From: Vibrio phage VPT02
Sequence record: MN954399.1
Reading direction: 5' to 3' (one strand)
DNA length: 32,000 bases
The notes under the pieces are model-generated. The model worked only from the letters and a program-made list of their open reading frames with translations, searched no databases and was not told the DNA's origin. Below are positions 8,051-17,295 of this stretch, in pieces (position 1 is the stretch's first letter; the number at the start of each line of letters is the position of its first letter). A program made the translations under genes and the position numbers.

Positions 8051-10890
8051 AGTATCGTCCAATCAATTGAAGTTATATTGTTATCAGCTTCTCCTCGAAT
8101 ATATATTATAATATTTCTACATATACCGAGAGTTCCGTGTGTTCGTTTATAATCTTCCTTATTCATATCATAAGTATAGATGAAAGAAGAAGAGGTAGTA
8201 GTGGTGTCTCGTAAGACCTCACCAGTATCACCATCTAAAAATCTAAGTCTGTATCTAAAGCCTGAAACCGAGGCACCTTCCAGTAGCTCGTCCCACATAA
8301 GCTCTACATCTTTACCTATAAATACTTTTGCAGATGTATCTGTTCTATTTATAAGTCTAAGATTTTCGATTTTAGGTAGTATAGCGCTAGGGTTAACATT
8401 AACTACCAATTTAGCTGGTAAGCTAGTGTCACCGTCTGGGGATACTGCTCTAACCTCGAAGGTATACTCCCCTTCTGCTAAATTATAAAGTGGCATAGTA
8501 ACTCTTGAGCTCAGAGGAGCCGTGCCCGATACAGGTACAGTAATTAAATCCACTAGCCCTGTATATTTAATAGTATAGTATGCCACCCTTTTAGTTAAGC
8601 TTGGCAACCATGAAAGAGTACCGTTTAACCCTACCTCGGGCTCACCTAACTTAGGGTCATACTGTAGGTCTCGTGGGGGTAATACACTTACGACTACATC
8701 AGGTATCTGATCATCACTATTATCTGTTTGTGCAGAGTTTATAAACACATCTGGAGCGTATTCTCTAGCAGTTACCATAATGTGCCCATTCGCTTTCCAA
8801 GTCATATCTTGGATTAAGAAATGCTTCTTGTCCCACCCATATCTCTTTACACTTAGAGATATATTAGCATTTGGGTATAGCCATAAGAAAGTAAAAGGTA
8901 GACTAAATGAAACAGTTCTATTATATCTAGATTTTCTTAAATAATATTCGGCTCTTGTACGGGCAGTATAGTAGTTAGTTATGAAAGGGAAGGTTACGTT
9001 TGCTTTTCTATCCTTCCCATTATCTTCTATCTTATAATCTTTATTGAAGAAGGTAATAGTATTACTACCCCATGCACTAGCAGGATCAATTATACTTGCT
9101 TGGATGGAGTTATACTTGTTCTCCATAGAGTTGTCAGAGACTTTGATACTACCATCAATTATATCTCCTTCATTTATATCATATACTACTGGCTTATCTG
9201 CCTCCATAGTTAGAGTATACTTACCACTAACTATATTCAAGGAAGCATCGTATTGAGCAATCAAAGATTGCACATTCTTAAACACAGTATCACTAGTAGA
9301 TAGGATAGCGGATCCTTGCAGTATTTGTCTATTTTCTGCTGTATAATCCTCCCAACCTAGGTATCGCCAATAAGGAACCCAGTCAGGGTCGTATGAAGTA
9401 TCTACTGCATCCATATACTTAGCACATTCTCTTACAGAAGCCAAGTCAATCTCAGCTAAAGTAAGTCCTGCCCCGTAAGTTGTACTACGTAAATAGTCTA
9501 GTGTTTGCCACGCTAGATTCAAGGAGGTCTTATCCGCGGTTACTGTCCCATCTTCATGGTATACTGGTATCTTCTTACCTTGGATTTCTGCGGACACTTC
9601 AGGTATTGAGGTTCTATTTTCATTAAGTTCGAACTTAACAACTAGGTAAGCAGTGTCCGTTAGCTTAAATGAGTCATCCCAGTACTCTGCCCCATAGTTA
9701 CCATCGTTTTGTAACTTGAACGACCCTGCTGCCGCTTTGTCCACAAGTACCTTTGCAGCATCCTGGGTTAGTGACCCGTGGAACGTCCAGAAGTCTATAG
9801 GCCCGTTACCATCATCATAGATATAGTGCTCCCCATGCTTACTAGGTACGGTTCTTCCACTAGCAGGGGCCAGAGCTCCTATGGTGTCACCGTTATTACG
9901 CTTCATACCTATGCAGGCGCGTTTTGATTGGTCAGCCTCAGATATACAGATCATTGGATTATCTCCAAAAAATATATCTAGGAACCCATCTATCTCGCCC
10001 TCACAGAATGCATATACAGCCCATATCTCTTCCGGGTTATTAATATCCGTATCAAAGAAAATAGGTATACCGGCAACCTTCTGTACCCCGTATACTACAG
10101 GTAAATATTTGGCAGTAAGGTTTATATCCATATCTACTTCTTTTACTACATTTGCCCAGTATTCTTCCATGTCATAATGTTTTTGTCCCATAAGACCACG
10201 GAAGCCTCCAGCACGTCTTTTCTTTAGACGATAACGTTTTTCTTTTGTCTGGTATTCAGCTAGCAGCTTGATGGACTTATTGGCGTGGAAGAAGCCTTTA
10301 TCTAATTGATATTCTGGCTTTTTAGCGCTGCTTGAGGGTTGCATGATTCCGTTTACATTGATCAATCCTCGGTGAGACGCATCGTCCGTAAGTCTGCCGT
10401 TAATAGCGTCAAGTGCATATAACTTACTAGCACAGTTCCATGTAATTACAGAACGCCCTTTACCTTTATTAGTATTTGACTCGTCTAATGCACTACTTAC
10501 TATAACCCCTTCAAAGTAGGTAACAGTACTGCCATCCGCATATATTTGAATAATCTCACCATCTTCATCTAAGAATACTCTATCTATTTTTAGTTTTCTA
10601 TTCAAAAAGCTCTTAGAATTTAGCACTCTGTCTATCTCTTCATCTATAGCCCCACTTACTTGTACTGGGACTCTATAGATTGTTAGCTCTTTGGTCTGTT
10701 TTACATCGCCTACTCTTTTGATTACTCCCGATTTATATACTTGACCTTTATAAGTAATATCTCTAAAATAATCTGTTAAGTATATAAAAACACCTGAACT
10801 GCCAGGTAGCTCTAGGGAGACTAGATGTGCTAAATTTATTTCTTCTGTTTCTTCTATATACTTCTTGGCTGAGTCTAATATATTACTCAT
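8047..10890 (-). CDS. Large tail-tip/central hub-type tail protein
   Basis: 947 aa ORF between the 209 aa tail protein and the J-like protein. N terminus 'NLAHLVSLELPGSSGVFIYLTDYFRDITYKGQVYKSG...' is typical of phage tail proteins. The C-terminal part is FN3-like ('GYRYRLRFLDGDTGEVLRDTTTTSSSFIYTYDMN' style). Syntenic with tail-tip genes. Confidence 0.7.
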   Translation of the reverse strand: MSNILDSAKKYIEETEEINLAHLVSLELPGSSGVFIYLTDYFRDITYKGQVYKSGVIKRVGDVKQTKELTIYRVPVQVSGAIDEEIDRVLNSKSFLNRKLKIDRVFLDEDGEIIQIYADGSTVTYFEGVIVSSALDESNTNKGKGRSVITWNCASKLYALDAINGRLTDDASHRGLINVNGIMQPSSSAKKPEYQLDKGFFHANKSIKLLAEYQTKEKRYRLKKRRAGGFRGLMGQKHYDMEEYWANVVKEVDMDINLTAKYLPVVYGVQKVAGIPIFFDTDINNPEEIWAVYAFCEGEIDGFLDIFFGDNPMICISEADQSKRACIGMKRNNGDTIGALAPASGRTVPSKHGEHYIYDDGNGPIDFWTFHGSLTQDAAKVLVDKAAAGSFKLQNDGNYGAEYWDDSFKLTDTAYLVVKFELNENRTSIPEVSAEIQGKKIPVYHEDGTVTADKTSLNLAWQTLDYLRSTTYGAGLTLAEIDLASVRECAKYMDAVDTSYDPDWVPYWRYLGWEDYTAENRQILQGSAILSTSDTVFKNVQSLIAQYDASLNIVSGKYTLTMEADKPVVYDINEGDIIDGSIKVSDNSMENKYNSIQASIIDPASAWGSNTITFFNKDYKIEDNGKDRKANVTFPFITNYYTARTRAEYYLRKSRYNRTVSFSLPFTFLWLYPNANISLSVKRYGWDKKHFLIQDMTWKANGHIMVTAREYAPDVFINSAQTDNSDDQIPDVVVSVLPPRDLQYDPKLGEPEVGLNGTLSWLPSLTKRVAYYTIKYTGLVDLITVPVSGTAPLSSRVTMPLYNLAEGEYTFEVRAVSPDGDTSLPAKLVVNVNPSAILPKIENLRLINRTDTSAKVFIGKDVELMWDELLEGASVSGFRYRLRFLDGDTGEVLRDTTTTSSSFIYTYDMNKEDYKRTHGTLGICRNIIIYIRGEADNNITSIDWTIL

Positions 10891-11504
10891 AAGCTCTCCC
10901 TAAATGAATAACTGATATTTTCGTACATACCATCTGCATTTACGTCTTCGGAGATAGACTCTCTACCCATTAGTTTGACTTGCAGAGGTACAGTATTAAA
11001 CACGGGCTTTTCATTTCCCGTGGTCTCTATAAATAAATCTGGATATATATTAAGAATAAATTTATTATCTTCTTTCTTAAATCCTGTTATCTTATATACT
11101 TTAGGATGTGTACTAAGTTTAAATAGATCACCTAGGTAAGGTGCTCCTTGTAGAGAGTTGGTACCAGTAATTTCTATAGTACTACCCTTCTGACCTGCAG
11201 CAATAGAGCATGCAGTCAGATCTCCTAGTATCCTAAAATTAACATACTGAGGTAGAATCAACTCAATAGAGTCCCCAGTCCTTTTCGCCTCGTTTATCGC
11301 AGAAGAAACCAAACGATACTCTAATTCGTATAACTCTGGGTATGTAATATTCACACTCCAGAATTGCGCTGAAGTTTTTGTTTGAAGCACTTTTCCGTTT
11401 GGGAGCTCATCTTGTAGAATAGGCTCATTATCTACCAACGGAGCTTTTAAGAATCCTGGTGCTTCATCAGGATGTGTGAATGGATCAGGTAATCTAATAG
11501 CCAT
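10887..11504 (-). CDS. Putative tail protein (tail-tip/distal-tail module)
   Basis: ORF 10887..11516 in the track begins at TTG. ATG at 11504 (MAIRLPDPFTHPDEAPGF...) has GGAG 7 nt upstream and is the preferred start. Located immediately downstream of the tape measure. Confidence 0.6.
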   Translation of the reverse strand: MAIRLPDPFTHPDEAPGFLKAPLVDNEPILQDELPNGKVLQTKTSAQFWSVNITYPELYELEYRLVSSAINEAKRTGDSIELILPQYVNFRILGDLTACSIAAGQKGSTIEITGTNSLQGAPYLGDLFKLSTHPKVYKITGFKKEDNKFILNIYPDLFIETTGNEKPVFNTVPLQVKLMGRESISEDVNADGMYENISYSFRESL

Positions 11505-11589
11505 TAGGTGCTCCAAATGCCATTCAACGCGTTGACTGGCCTAGGTCTTTTAAAGGAATAATGAATCTCTTCATCTCGTTATATAGGTA

Positions 11590-11617
11590 ATTATACACGT
11601 AAATAATCTAAAGTCAA
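11590..11617 (-). promoter_or_regulatory. Candidate sigma70 promoter for the tail-tip operon
   Basis: Minus strand TTGACT (11617..11612), N16, TATAAT (11595..11590), in the gap between the tape measure gene and the next gene. Confidence 0.65.
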
Positions 11618-11627
11618 CTCAAATTTT

Positions 11628-11664
11628 ATAAAATAAAAATGGGCTACCATTACAGTAGCCCATT
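11628..11664 (-). terminator. Intrinsic terminator downstream of the tape measure gene
   Basis: Minus strand AATGGGCTAC-TGTAATG-GTAGCCCATT (perfect 10-bp stem, 11664..11638) followed by TTTTATTTTAT. Confidence 0.85.
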
Positions 11665-11668
11665 ATAC

Positions 11669-14600
11669 TTAATATAACTTGTCAGGATTCATGCCGTTTT
11701 CTTGTGCGGAATCTCTCCATGCAGCCATAATATCGTCTTTCCTTTCTAAGAATGATCTAGCATCCATAGTATCAATATTAAATTGAGGGGCATAGGTGTA
11801 ACCACCCTTACCTCCCGCAGCTGATTCCTCAGCACTGTATGCTCTTACTGGCTCTAGGGGTGTGATTACCTCTGGCCCATCTTCACCTACTACAATGCTA
11901 TTACCAGGAGTACCTATACCACCATTTGCTCTAGGAGTAAATGATTGTAAGCTGCCAGTACCTCCTTCATTTCTTATGTAAGAAAGTTCGCCACGAGTAG
12001 CTGATTGAGACACATCCACCTGATTAGACCTATCACCAAGAGTTAGTGAAGCCTTAGTATCTCCTGCAGCCCCAGAAACTAAGTTAGCACTTGCACTAGA
12101 TGCTTGTTGGTATGCCAGACCACCTGCTAATGCTGCTGAAGCCATTAACGGGATAGCTGGAACAGGCCAGGGGTTAGCAGCCGCATTCATTACCGCTACC
12201 GCAGTAGAGATAAGGATTTGTTGTTTAGCTACTTTCTTCTGTTGTTCTACTTTCTTCTTCTCAAGAGCTGCTATTTTAGCTACAGACTCTTTAGACTTAC
12301 CGTCACGTTTTTGCTCAGCAGCTATCTGTTGATCAATAGCTCCAATAGCTTGACTTGACGTGTATGACAACATACCTTGGAAGGCAGTTAGTCCTGAAGA
12401 TACCATTTGGGTAGCAGTCATACTAGACTGGCCCATATTGTTAAATGACATTGCTAGCCCATTCAATGAGCTTGTCATTTGATCAATACCAGGAGCAAAG
12501 GATGCTAGATTACTAAGAGCGGACTCCATCATTTGATTTGATTGAGCTGTCTGAGTAGCTAGGATCTCATTTTCGAGCTGTTTTATTCTATTAAGAGATT
12601 GTTCTTGTTCTAAGTGAGCCCCTTGGATCATCTGTAGATTGGCTAATCTAGCACGCTCATTAGTTAGTAAATCTTTCTTAATTAATAGTTCTGGCTGCCC
12701 AGCCATACTCAATCTAGTTTGAGTATCAAGGCGCTTATTATGCTCATCTACTAAAGCTACCTCAGTATTGAGTTCTTGCATAGATATTTTAGCTATCTCT
12801 GCTTCTGTCTTAGCTAGTGCAGTAGCATTTGCACCTAGATTTCTCTGGTCTACTAATAAACCGGTGTATAGCTCCCTTTGTCTTCTTAGTAATTCAAGCT
12901 TAACAGCATTAGGATCCTTACCTGAGTAACGTCCCTGAATCTCTGCTTCTGCCTGAGTTTTAGCAAAGATGGCTAATTCTCTATTAGTATCTCTGTATCT
13001 CTTAGCTAATCTTTCTGCTTTGACTAGTGCGTTTTCAGACTCAAAACCAAGACGTTTTAGTGCTTCTGCTGCATCAAATGCAGGGTCTGCTGCTTTAAGT
13101 TCGAAGTAGGCATTCTTCATGCTCTCTATATCAGAATATAATTTCTCGTAAGATGCAGACTGACCACGGACACTAGCAATACTAGAATTATATGATTGTA
13201 CCGTGCCTTTTACAGTTGAACTAAGATTTTTATATGCCGTATTTGCTCTGTCTAGGTCTTCCACAGTACCTACAGAGTAATCTTGCGTCATTATTTTTAG
13301 TCTTGTCAAAGCACTTCGTAAATAACCTGCTCGCTTAGTCAAGTCATCCACACTATCACCAGCTTTAGGGTCACCAAGAGTGTCTAACACTGTCTCTAGT
13401 TCTTTCTGATACTGTTTTGTCAGGTCACGTACTTGTACTAGACCACCAATCATACCTGATCTGGTGTCCTGTTCAAACGCTTTAGCTAGTGTTTCGCTAA
13501 GTAGCTGTGCTTTGGTATTGGCTTCTGATAATACTTTATCCCCAAACATCCAACTATTAAAGAAGTTAGCCATACCCGAAGTAGCTTCAGCCAAGTTCTT
13601 TAAGAATGTTTGGAAAGCTGTGCCCATGTTAGCACCGAAAGTTTCCCACGGAGCACCATTACGCAGCATTTCATCCAAGTCACCAAACTTCTCTACTGAT
13701 TGCGCATTAATCTCATTAACCAACGCAGCACGTTGCTGGTAAGAGTTTAGGGAGTTAGCACTAACACCTATTTTTTCAGCATAACGCTCATAGGCTGTGG
13801 TAAGTTTAGTTGTAATACCAAGTTCGTCTAGTAATTCGATTTCTAGTTTTGAAGTACCACGAATTACACGGTTCATAGCGTCCTGCATATCTACACCTAG
13901 TGCAATAGATGCGCGACGTGCAGCCATAGTTAGCTGCTCTATTTGCTCACTATCAAAACCATAAGATGCAGCCGCAGCAGCGTTTCTTAGAGCCTCACCA
14001 TAGTTTAGTGTATGCCCTGTTAGCTCTTGCATTTTTACTGCGGTAAATTGGACTGGTTGTCCAATTTGAGAGCCCACTATCTTACCTACTTCTTCTAGAC
14101 GATTTAATTGTTCGCCTTCAGTTATTAAACGGAAAGCTTCGCTAAGTGCGAATACGTTAGCAGCAATATTAGCATATAGTAGTGGGAGTGGGCCAGCAAA
14201 CTTAGCTATATCTGCAAATGTACGTGCTTGGTTTCTACCTTGGCGGTTCTGGTTACCCATACCGCGCCCAGCTTTTTTAGCCCCTTTACCTACACCTACT
14301 AACGCGTCGTTAGTTTTACCTGCCTGTTGACGTACGTCTATAAGGCCATCTTCTACTCTTTCTAAGTCAGCACCTAGGCTATTAGCTAGATTATCGAAAG
14401 AGTGTATCATGTTATTGTTCATCTTACCAATAGTAGTATCTACATCCTGTATTTCTGATAACATAGAATGCAGTGTCTCTACTACATCGTCTAATGAACG
14501 TTGTATAGCATTAGAATCAAACCCAAAGTTTATCTTACTAGTAGATTTAGCTGCCCTGTTAGCTGCCTCTTCTACCTTTTTGAACATCTTTGGAGAACGT

Positions 14601-14740
14601 TCAAGTGAAGCATTAAAAGCATTATTAGCAGTTTTTGCTTCAGTAAGGGCGTCACCGACACCCTTAATAGCTTTTTCTGTAGGTTTAGCACCTTGCTGCT
14701 TCACCTTGATGATTAGTTCTTCTATTAGCTTATTAGCCAT
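11669..14740 (-). CDS. Tail length tape measure protein
   Basis: 1023 aa. Long helical N-terminal half, hydrophobic/Ala-rich segment, and C-terminal 'FTPRANGGIGTPGNSIVVGEDGPEVITPLEP' motif typical of tape measures. Position after the chaperone genes fits. Confidence 0.9.
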   Translation of the reverse strand: MANKLIEELIIKVKQQGAKPTEKAIKGVGDALTEAKTANNAFNASLERSPKMFKKVEEAANRAAKSTSKINFGFDSNAIQRSLDDVVETLHSMLSEIQDVDTTIGKMNNNMIHSFDNLANSLGADLERVEDGLIDVRQQAGKTNDALVGVGKGAKKAGRGMGNQNRQGRNQARTFADIAKFAGPLPLLYANIAANVFALSEAFRLITEGEQLNRLEEVGKIVGSQIGQPVQFTAVKMQELTGHTLNYGEALRNAAAAASYGFDSEQIEQLTMAARRASIALGVDMQDAMNRVIRGTSKLEIELLDELGITTKLTTAYERYAEKIGVSANSLNSYQQRAALVNEINAQSVEKFGDLDEMLRNGAPWETFGANMGTAFQTFLKNLAEATSGMANFFNSWMFGDKVLSEANTKAQLLSETLAKAFEQDTRSGMIGGLVQVRDLTKQYQKELETVLDTLGDPKAGDSVDDLTKRAGYLRSALTRLKIMTQDYSVGTVEDLDRANTAYKNLSSTVKGTVQSYNSSIASVRGQSASYEKLYSDIESMKNAYFELKAADPAFDAAEALKRLGFESENALVKAERLAKRYRDTNRELAIFAKTQAEAEIQGRYSGKDPNAVKLELLRRQRELYTGLLVDQRNLGANATALAKTEAEIAKISMQELNTEVALVDEHNKRLDTQTRLSMAGQPELLIKKDLLTNERARLANLQMIQGAHLEQEQSLNRIKQLENEILATQTAQSNQMMESALSNLASFAPGIDQMTSSLNGLAMSFNNMGQSSMTATQMVSSGLTAFQGMLSYTSSQAIGAIDQQIAAEQKRDGKSKESVAKIAALEKKKVEQQKKVAKQQILISTAVAVMNAAANPWPVPAIPLMASAALAGGLAYQQASSASANLVSGAAGDTKASLTLGDRSNQVDVSQSATRGELSYIRNEGGTGSLQSFTPRANGGIGTPGNSIVVGEDGPEVITPLEPVRAYSAEESAAGGKGGYTYAPQFNIDTMDARSFLERKDDIMAAWRDSAQENGMNPDKLY

Positions 14741-14755
14741 ATAAACTCCCGTTTA

Positions 14756-15514
14756 TTAGCTTAGTTTTACGTGTTTGATGTAGTTTCTATCGTATCCAAA
14801 GCCTGCTGCAACTTGTACAATTAAATCGTCCTTACCTTTACTTGCTTCACGATCTTTTTCTAGACTATAAATAGTAAATCCTAAGGCTACTCCCTGTGTG
14901 TGTAGTACTACTAGTGAATTATCATCCATACCGTAAAGAGGTAATAGTTTGATAATACCTTCTTTTACCATTTCACGGTGCGCATTATCCATAGTACCTA
15001 GAATAGTAAAGTATGTCATTGGGGATACCACTGCTAGGAACTGCCCTTCGATAGCAAGCATTTGAGAAGGGAACTTCTTAATAGTATCTACAATAGTAGC
15101 AAAAGTCTTAGATGAAGCACCTGATGTTGGTGTAGGCGTAGTCATTCTATCTGCCACATAATTCTCTAACTTAATTCTAGCCTGAGAGGTAAGAATCTTA
15201 TCTAGAGCTACTTCCATATTAGGGTTAGCATCTTCTGTGGTCTCGTCTACTAGAGTTGCAGATGCTGCTAGTAATTCTTTTTGTACCTGGATACCGCCTA
15301 CAGAGAAGATAACGTCAGTATCGTTAGGTAAGTGAAGGAAAGGAATATCAGTGTACTTTCCTGGTAGGGTTACTTGAGGTAGTAGTGGTAAAACTTTACT
15401 ACCTTTTAAAGTAGCTTGTCGTAATGACTCTACTTTAGTGTCTTCTGCGCCTGACACAGAAGATGTTGCTGATTTGTTCACGGTTTCGATATATGTTTTT
15501 AGGTCTTTAATCAT
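14756..15514 (-). CDS. Structural-region protein of unknown function (252 aa from preferred start)
   Basis: The track start at 15526 gives MEKTMIKDL. ATG at 15514 preceded by GGAG is preferred. Full-length text 'LKGSKVLPLLPQVTLPGKYTDIPFLHLPND...GFGYDRNYIKHVKLS'. Lies between the tail chaperone and the tape measure. Confidence 0.6.
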   Translation of the reverse strand: MIKDLKTYIETVNKSATSSVSGAEDTKVESLRQATLKGSKVLPLLPQVTLPGKYTDIPFLHLPNDTDVIFSVGGIQVQKELLAASATLVDETTEDANPNMEVALDKILTSQARIKLENYVADRMTTPTPTSGASSKTFATIVDTIKKFPSQMLAIEGQFLAVVSPMTYFTILGTMDNAHREMVKEGIIKLLPLYGMDDNSLVVLHTQGVALGFTIYSLEKDREASKGKDDLIVQVAAGFGYDRNYIKHVKLS

Positions 15515-15529
15515 TGTTTTCTCCATACG

Positions 15530-15558
15530 AAAAAAGCTCTGGGCATTACACCCAGAGC
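15530..15558 (-). terminator. Intrinsic terminator between tail chaperone ORF 2 and the 252 aa gene
   Basis: Minus strand GCTCTGGG-TGTAATG-CCCAGAGC (15558..15536) followed by TTTTTT. Confidence 0.85.
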
Positions 15559-15595
15559 AAGCTCGTGGAATGCCCGTGAGGACTCTGTTAAGTAG

Positions 15596-15988
15596 TTAGC
15601 GGTGTTTTGCTTTAGCTTTTATTTTCTTAGCCTCAGTGTTCCATTTGCTAACTGCTTTTTTAACCATTTTACTGTCTACGTGTTGTATTACTTCCATTAC
15701 TAATTTTCTATCCTCCATATCATTAATTTGATATACATCATAAAATAAATCGAGCGTATTTAAATCTTTCCCGATATATAGAGGACCCAAATCAGTACTA
15801 GTAAATCTGTCACCTAGTCTGTTATAAATTTCTATAGCATCCTTAACCAGACTTGGAAAGTCAGAGAAGTCTACTGGAATTCTTTTAGGATCAGGGGTCT
15901 CTCCTAGTTGAGCACACATTTTTAGGTACTTACTTTTTGAGAAACCATTCTGTTTATCGAAGTATTTGTCTAGAGCTTCGAATAGCAA
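15596..15988 (-). CDS. Tail assembly chaperone, downstream ORF (G-T-like)
   Basis: 130 aa ORF with a TTG-only start and no clear Shine-Dalgarno. Sits directly after a short ORF at the tail-chaperone position, in the +1 frame relative to it. Confidence 0.6.
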   Translation of the reverse strand: MLFEALDKYFDKQNGFSKSKYLKMCAQLGETPDPKRIPVDFSDFPSLVKDAIEIYNRLGDRFTSTDLGPLYIGKDLNTLDLFYDVYQINDMEDRKLVMEVIQHVDSKMVKKAVSKWNTEAKKIKAKAKHR

Positions 15989-15998
15989 CTTTCGTCGT

Positions 15999-16409
15999 TT
16001 AGTCTCGAAAGTTGTCTATCAACGCCAGCTTACTAGTAACCCAGTTGTCAAAAGACTCAGATAGTTTTACTAGTTGGATAGCTGTCTCCACATCGAATTC
16101 AATTTCTGCATCAGGGTCTTCGACCTCTTTGGTATCAATTAAGATAAGTTTTGCCACTTTATTTAAGGTTAGCCCTGACCATCCATTAATAGCAGACTTA
16201 ACATACTCTTGAGTATACATGTCTACGTCTAAGTCCATATAAGGTAGCCCTGACTGATCGTCAAACTTCTGTACCTTACACTTATCCTGAAGTTTTCGTC
16301 TAGCTTCTCTTGATAGGTAAGTAAGTTTTACCTTAAAGCCCGGAATTCCTGGGAACTCAAACTCTGATGTTTTTGAGTCTAATGCTAGTGCTGCTAAATT
16401 TAGCTTCAT
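15999..16409 (-). CDS. Tail assembly chaperone, upstream ORF (G-like)
   Basis: 136 aa, 'MKLNLAALALDSKTSEFEFPGIPGFKVKLTYLSREARRKLQDKC...' matches the style of phage tail chaperone proteins. Located between tail-tube-like genes and the tape measure. Confidence 0.65.
   Translation of the reverse strand: MKLNLAALALDSKTSEFEFPGIPGFKVKLTYLSREARRKLQDKCKVQKFDDQSGLPYMDLDVDMYTQEYVKSAINGWSGLTLNKVAKLILIDTKEVEDPDAEIEFDVETAIQLVKLSESFDNWVTSKLALIDNFRD
16002..16015 (-). promoter_or_regulatory. Candidate +1 programmed ribosomal frameshift site (AAC UUU CGA GAC UAA)
   Basis: The upstream ORF reads AAC TTT CGA GAC TAA. The downstream frame is open only after a TAG at 16018..16016. A +1 slip of the P-site tRNA from TTT to TTC joins the ORFs (fusion ...LALIDNF|ETKRRKLLFEALDKYF..., 270 aa). 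Confidence 0.45.
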
Positions 16410-17290
16410 ACTAAATATCCTCCATATTCCACAATTATTTTATTTGTTTGATCTGTTACCCTTATATCATGTGCTTCAGTAAAAACGTCAGCAGGGGCAA
16501 CTCTATGGGTTACTAATGCATCCCTCATAGAGCATAGTAAACCTGATTTATATAACTCTAAATTAGAATAGTGAGATTTGTCAGGAGTTGGGTGTATGGT
16601 ATTTAAGTATACGTTAGTATTAATACCAAAACTTCTGTCTGTTAGTACGGGGTGTTTAGGGATATATAAACTACCTGTATCATGAAGTGACCTATCTTCT
16701 CGCCAACTTATAGTTTGCTGTATCGAGATTCCTGCATTTATAATAGAATTTCTTATCTCATTATCTAATTTATATTGTATAGGTGTAGGTTTTAGGGGTG
16801 TACCTTGCTCTACCATTCCTGCACTTAAATCAATACTAGGAACCTTATCTATAGAGCTAGCAGTGAACGAGGTTTCAAAAGTAAGTGCTTCACTTAACGA
16901 CAGTGATATACTTAAAGACTCTAGTGCTGCTGTTTTTACTTTGTATACCCCTTCAGTAGTAACTAAGAATATGTCACATATCTCTGGAGATATATTTAAA
17001 TTATCCTCATAACTATACACGCTATTATGTATTTTGGTTAATCCTGCTAGTTCAAACAAAACACCTTCTGCAAAACTTTGAGTGCCTAAAATGCTTAGAC
17101 TGAACGTAGCCGAATTTTTAGAATTAGCAAAAGTATAAGGTTTTGCTCGTCTTGAGTGCAATGTTTTTCTTGAACCAGAGGTTTTATTAAATGTCTGACT
17201 AAAATCAAGTTGGGTTAGGGCATCGAAATGATACCCTACCCCTTTGTAAACTAAAACAACGGTGCACTCTTTTAGTAGAGTGTATGCCAT
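16406..17290 (-). CDS. Putative tail/tail-tube-associated structural protein
   Basis: Intact 294 aa ORF, ATG overlapping the stop of the next gene. Located between the tail-tube candidate and the chaperone. Confidence 0.5.
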   Translation of the reverse strand: MAYTLLKECTVVLVYKGVGYHFDALTQLDFSQTFNKTSGSRKTLHSRRAKPYTFANSKNSATFSLSILGTQSFAEGVLFELAGLTKIHNSVYSYEDNLNISPEICDIFLVTTEGVYKVKTAALESLSISLSLSEALTFETSFTASSIDKVPSIDLSAGMVEQGTPLKPTPIQYKLDNEIRNSIINAGISIQQTISWREDRSLHDTGSLYIPKHPVLTDRSFGINTNVYLNTIHPTPDKSHYSNLELYKSGLLCSMRDALVTHRVAPADVFTEAHDIRVTDQTNKIIVEYGGYLV

Positions 17291-17295
17291 ATTTA

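Noticed and set aside
8180-10177. Plus-strand ORFs 8180..8488, 9044..9256 and 9881..10177
   Set aside because: Antisense to the 947 aa tail protein with no promoter or ribosome binding site evidence.
13464-14744. Plus-strand ORFs 13464..13742 and 14409..14744
   Set aside because: Antisense to the tape measure gene, which is long, intact and well supported.
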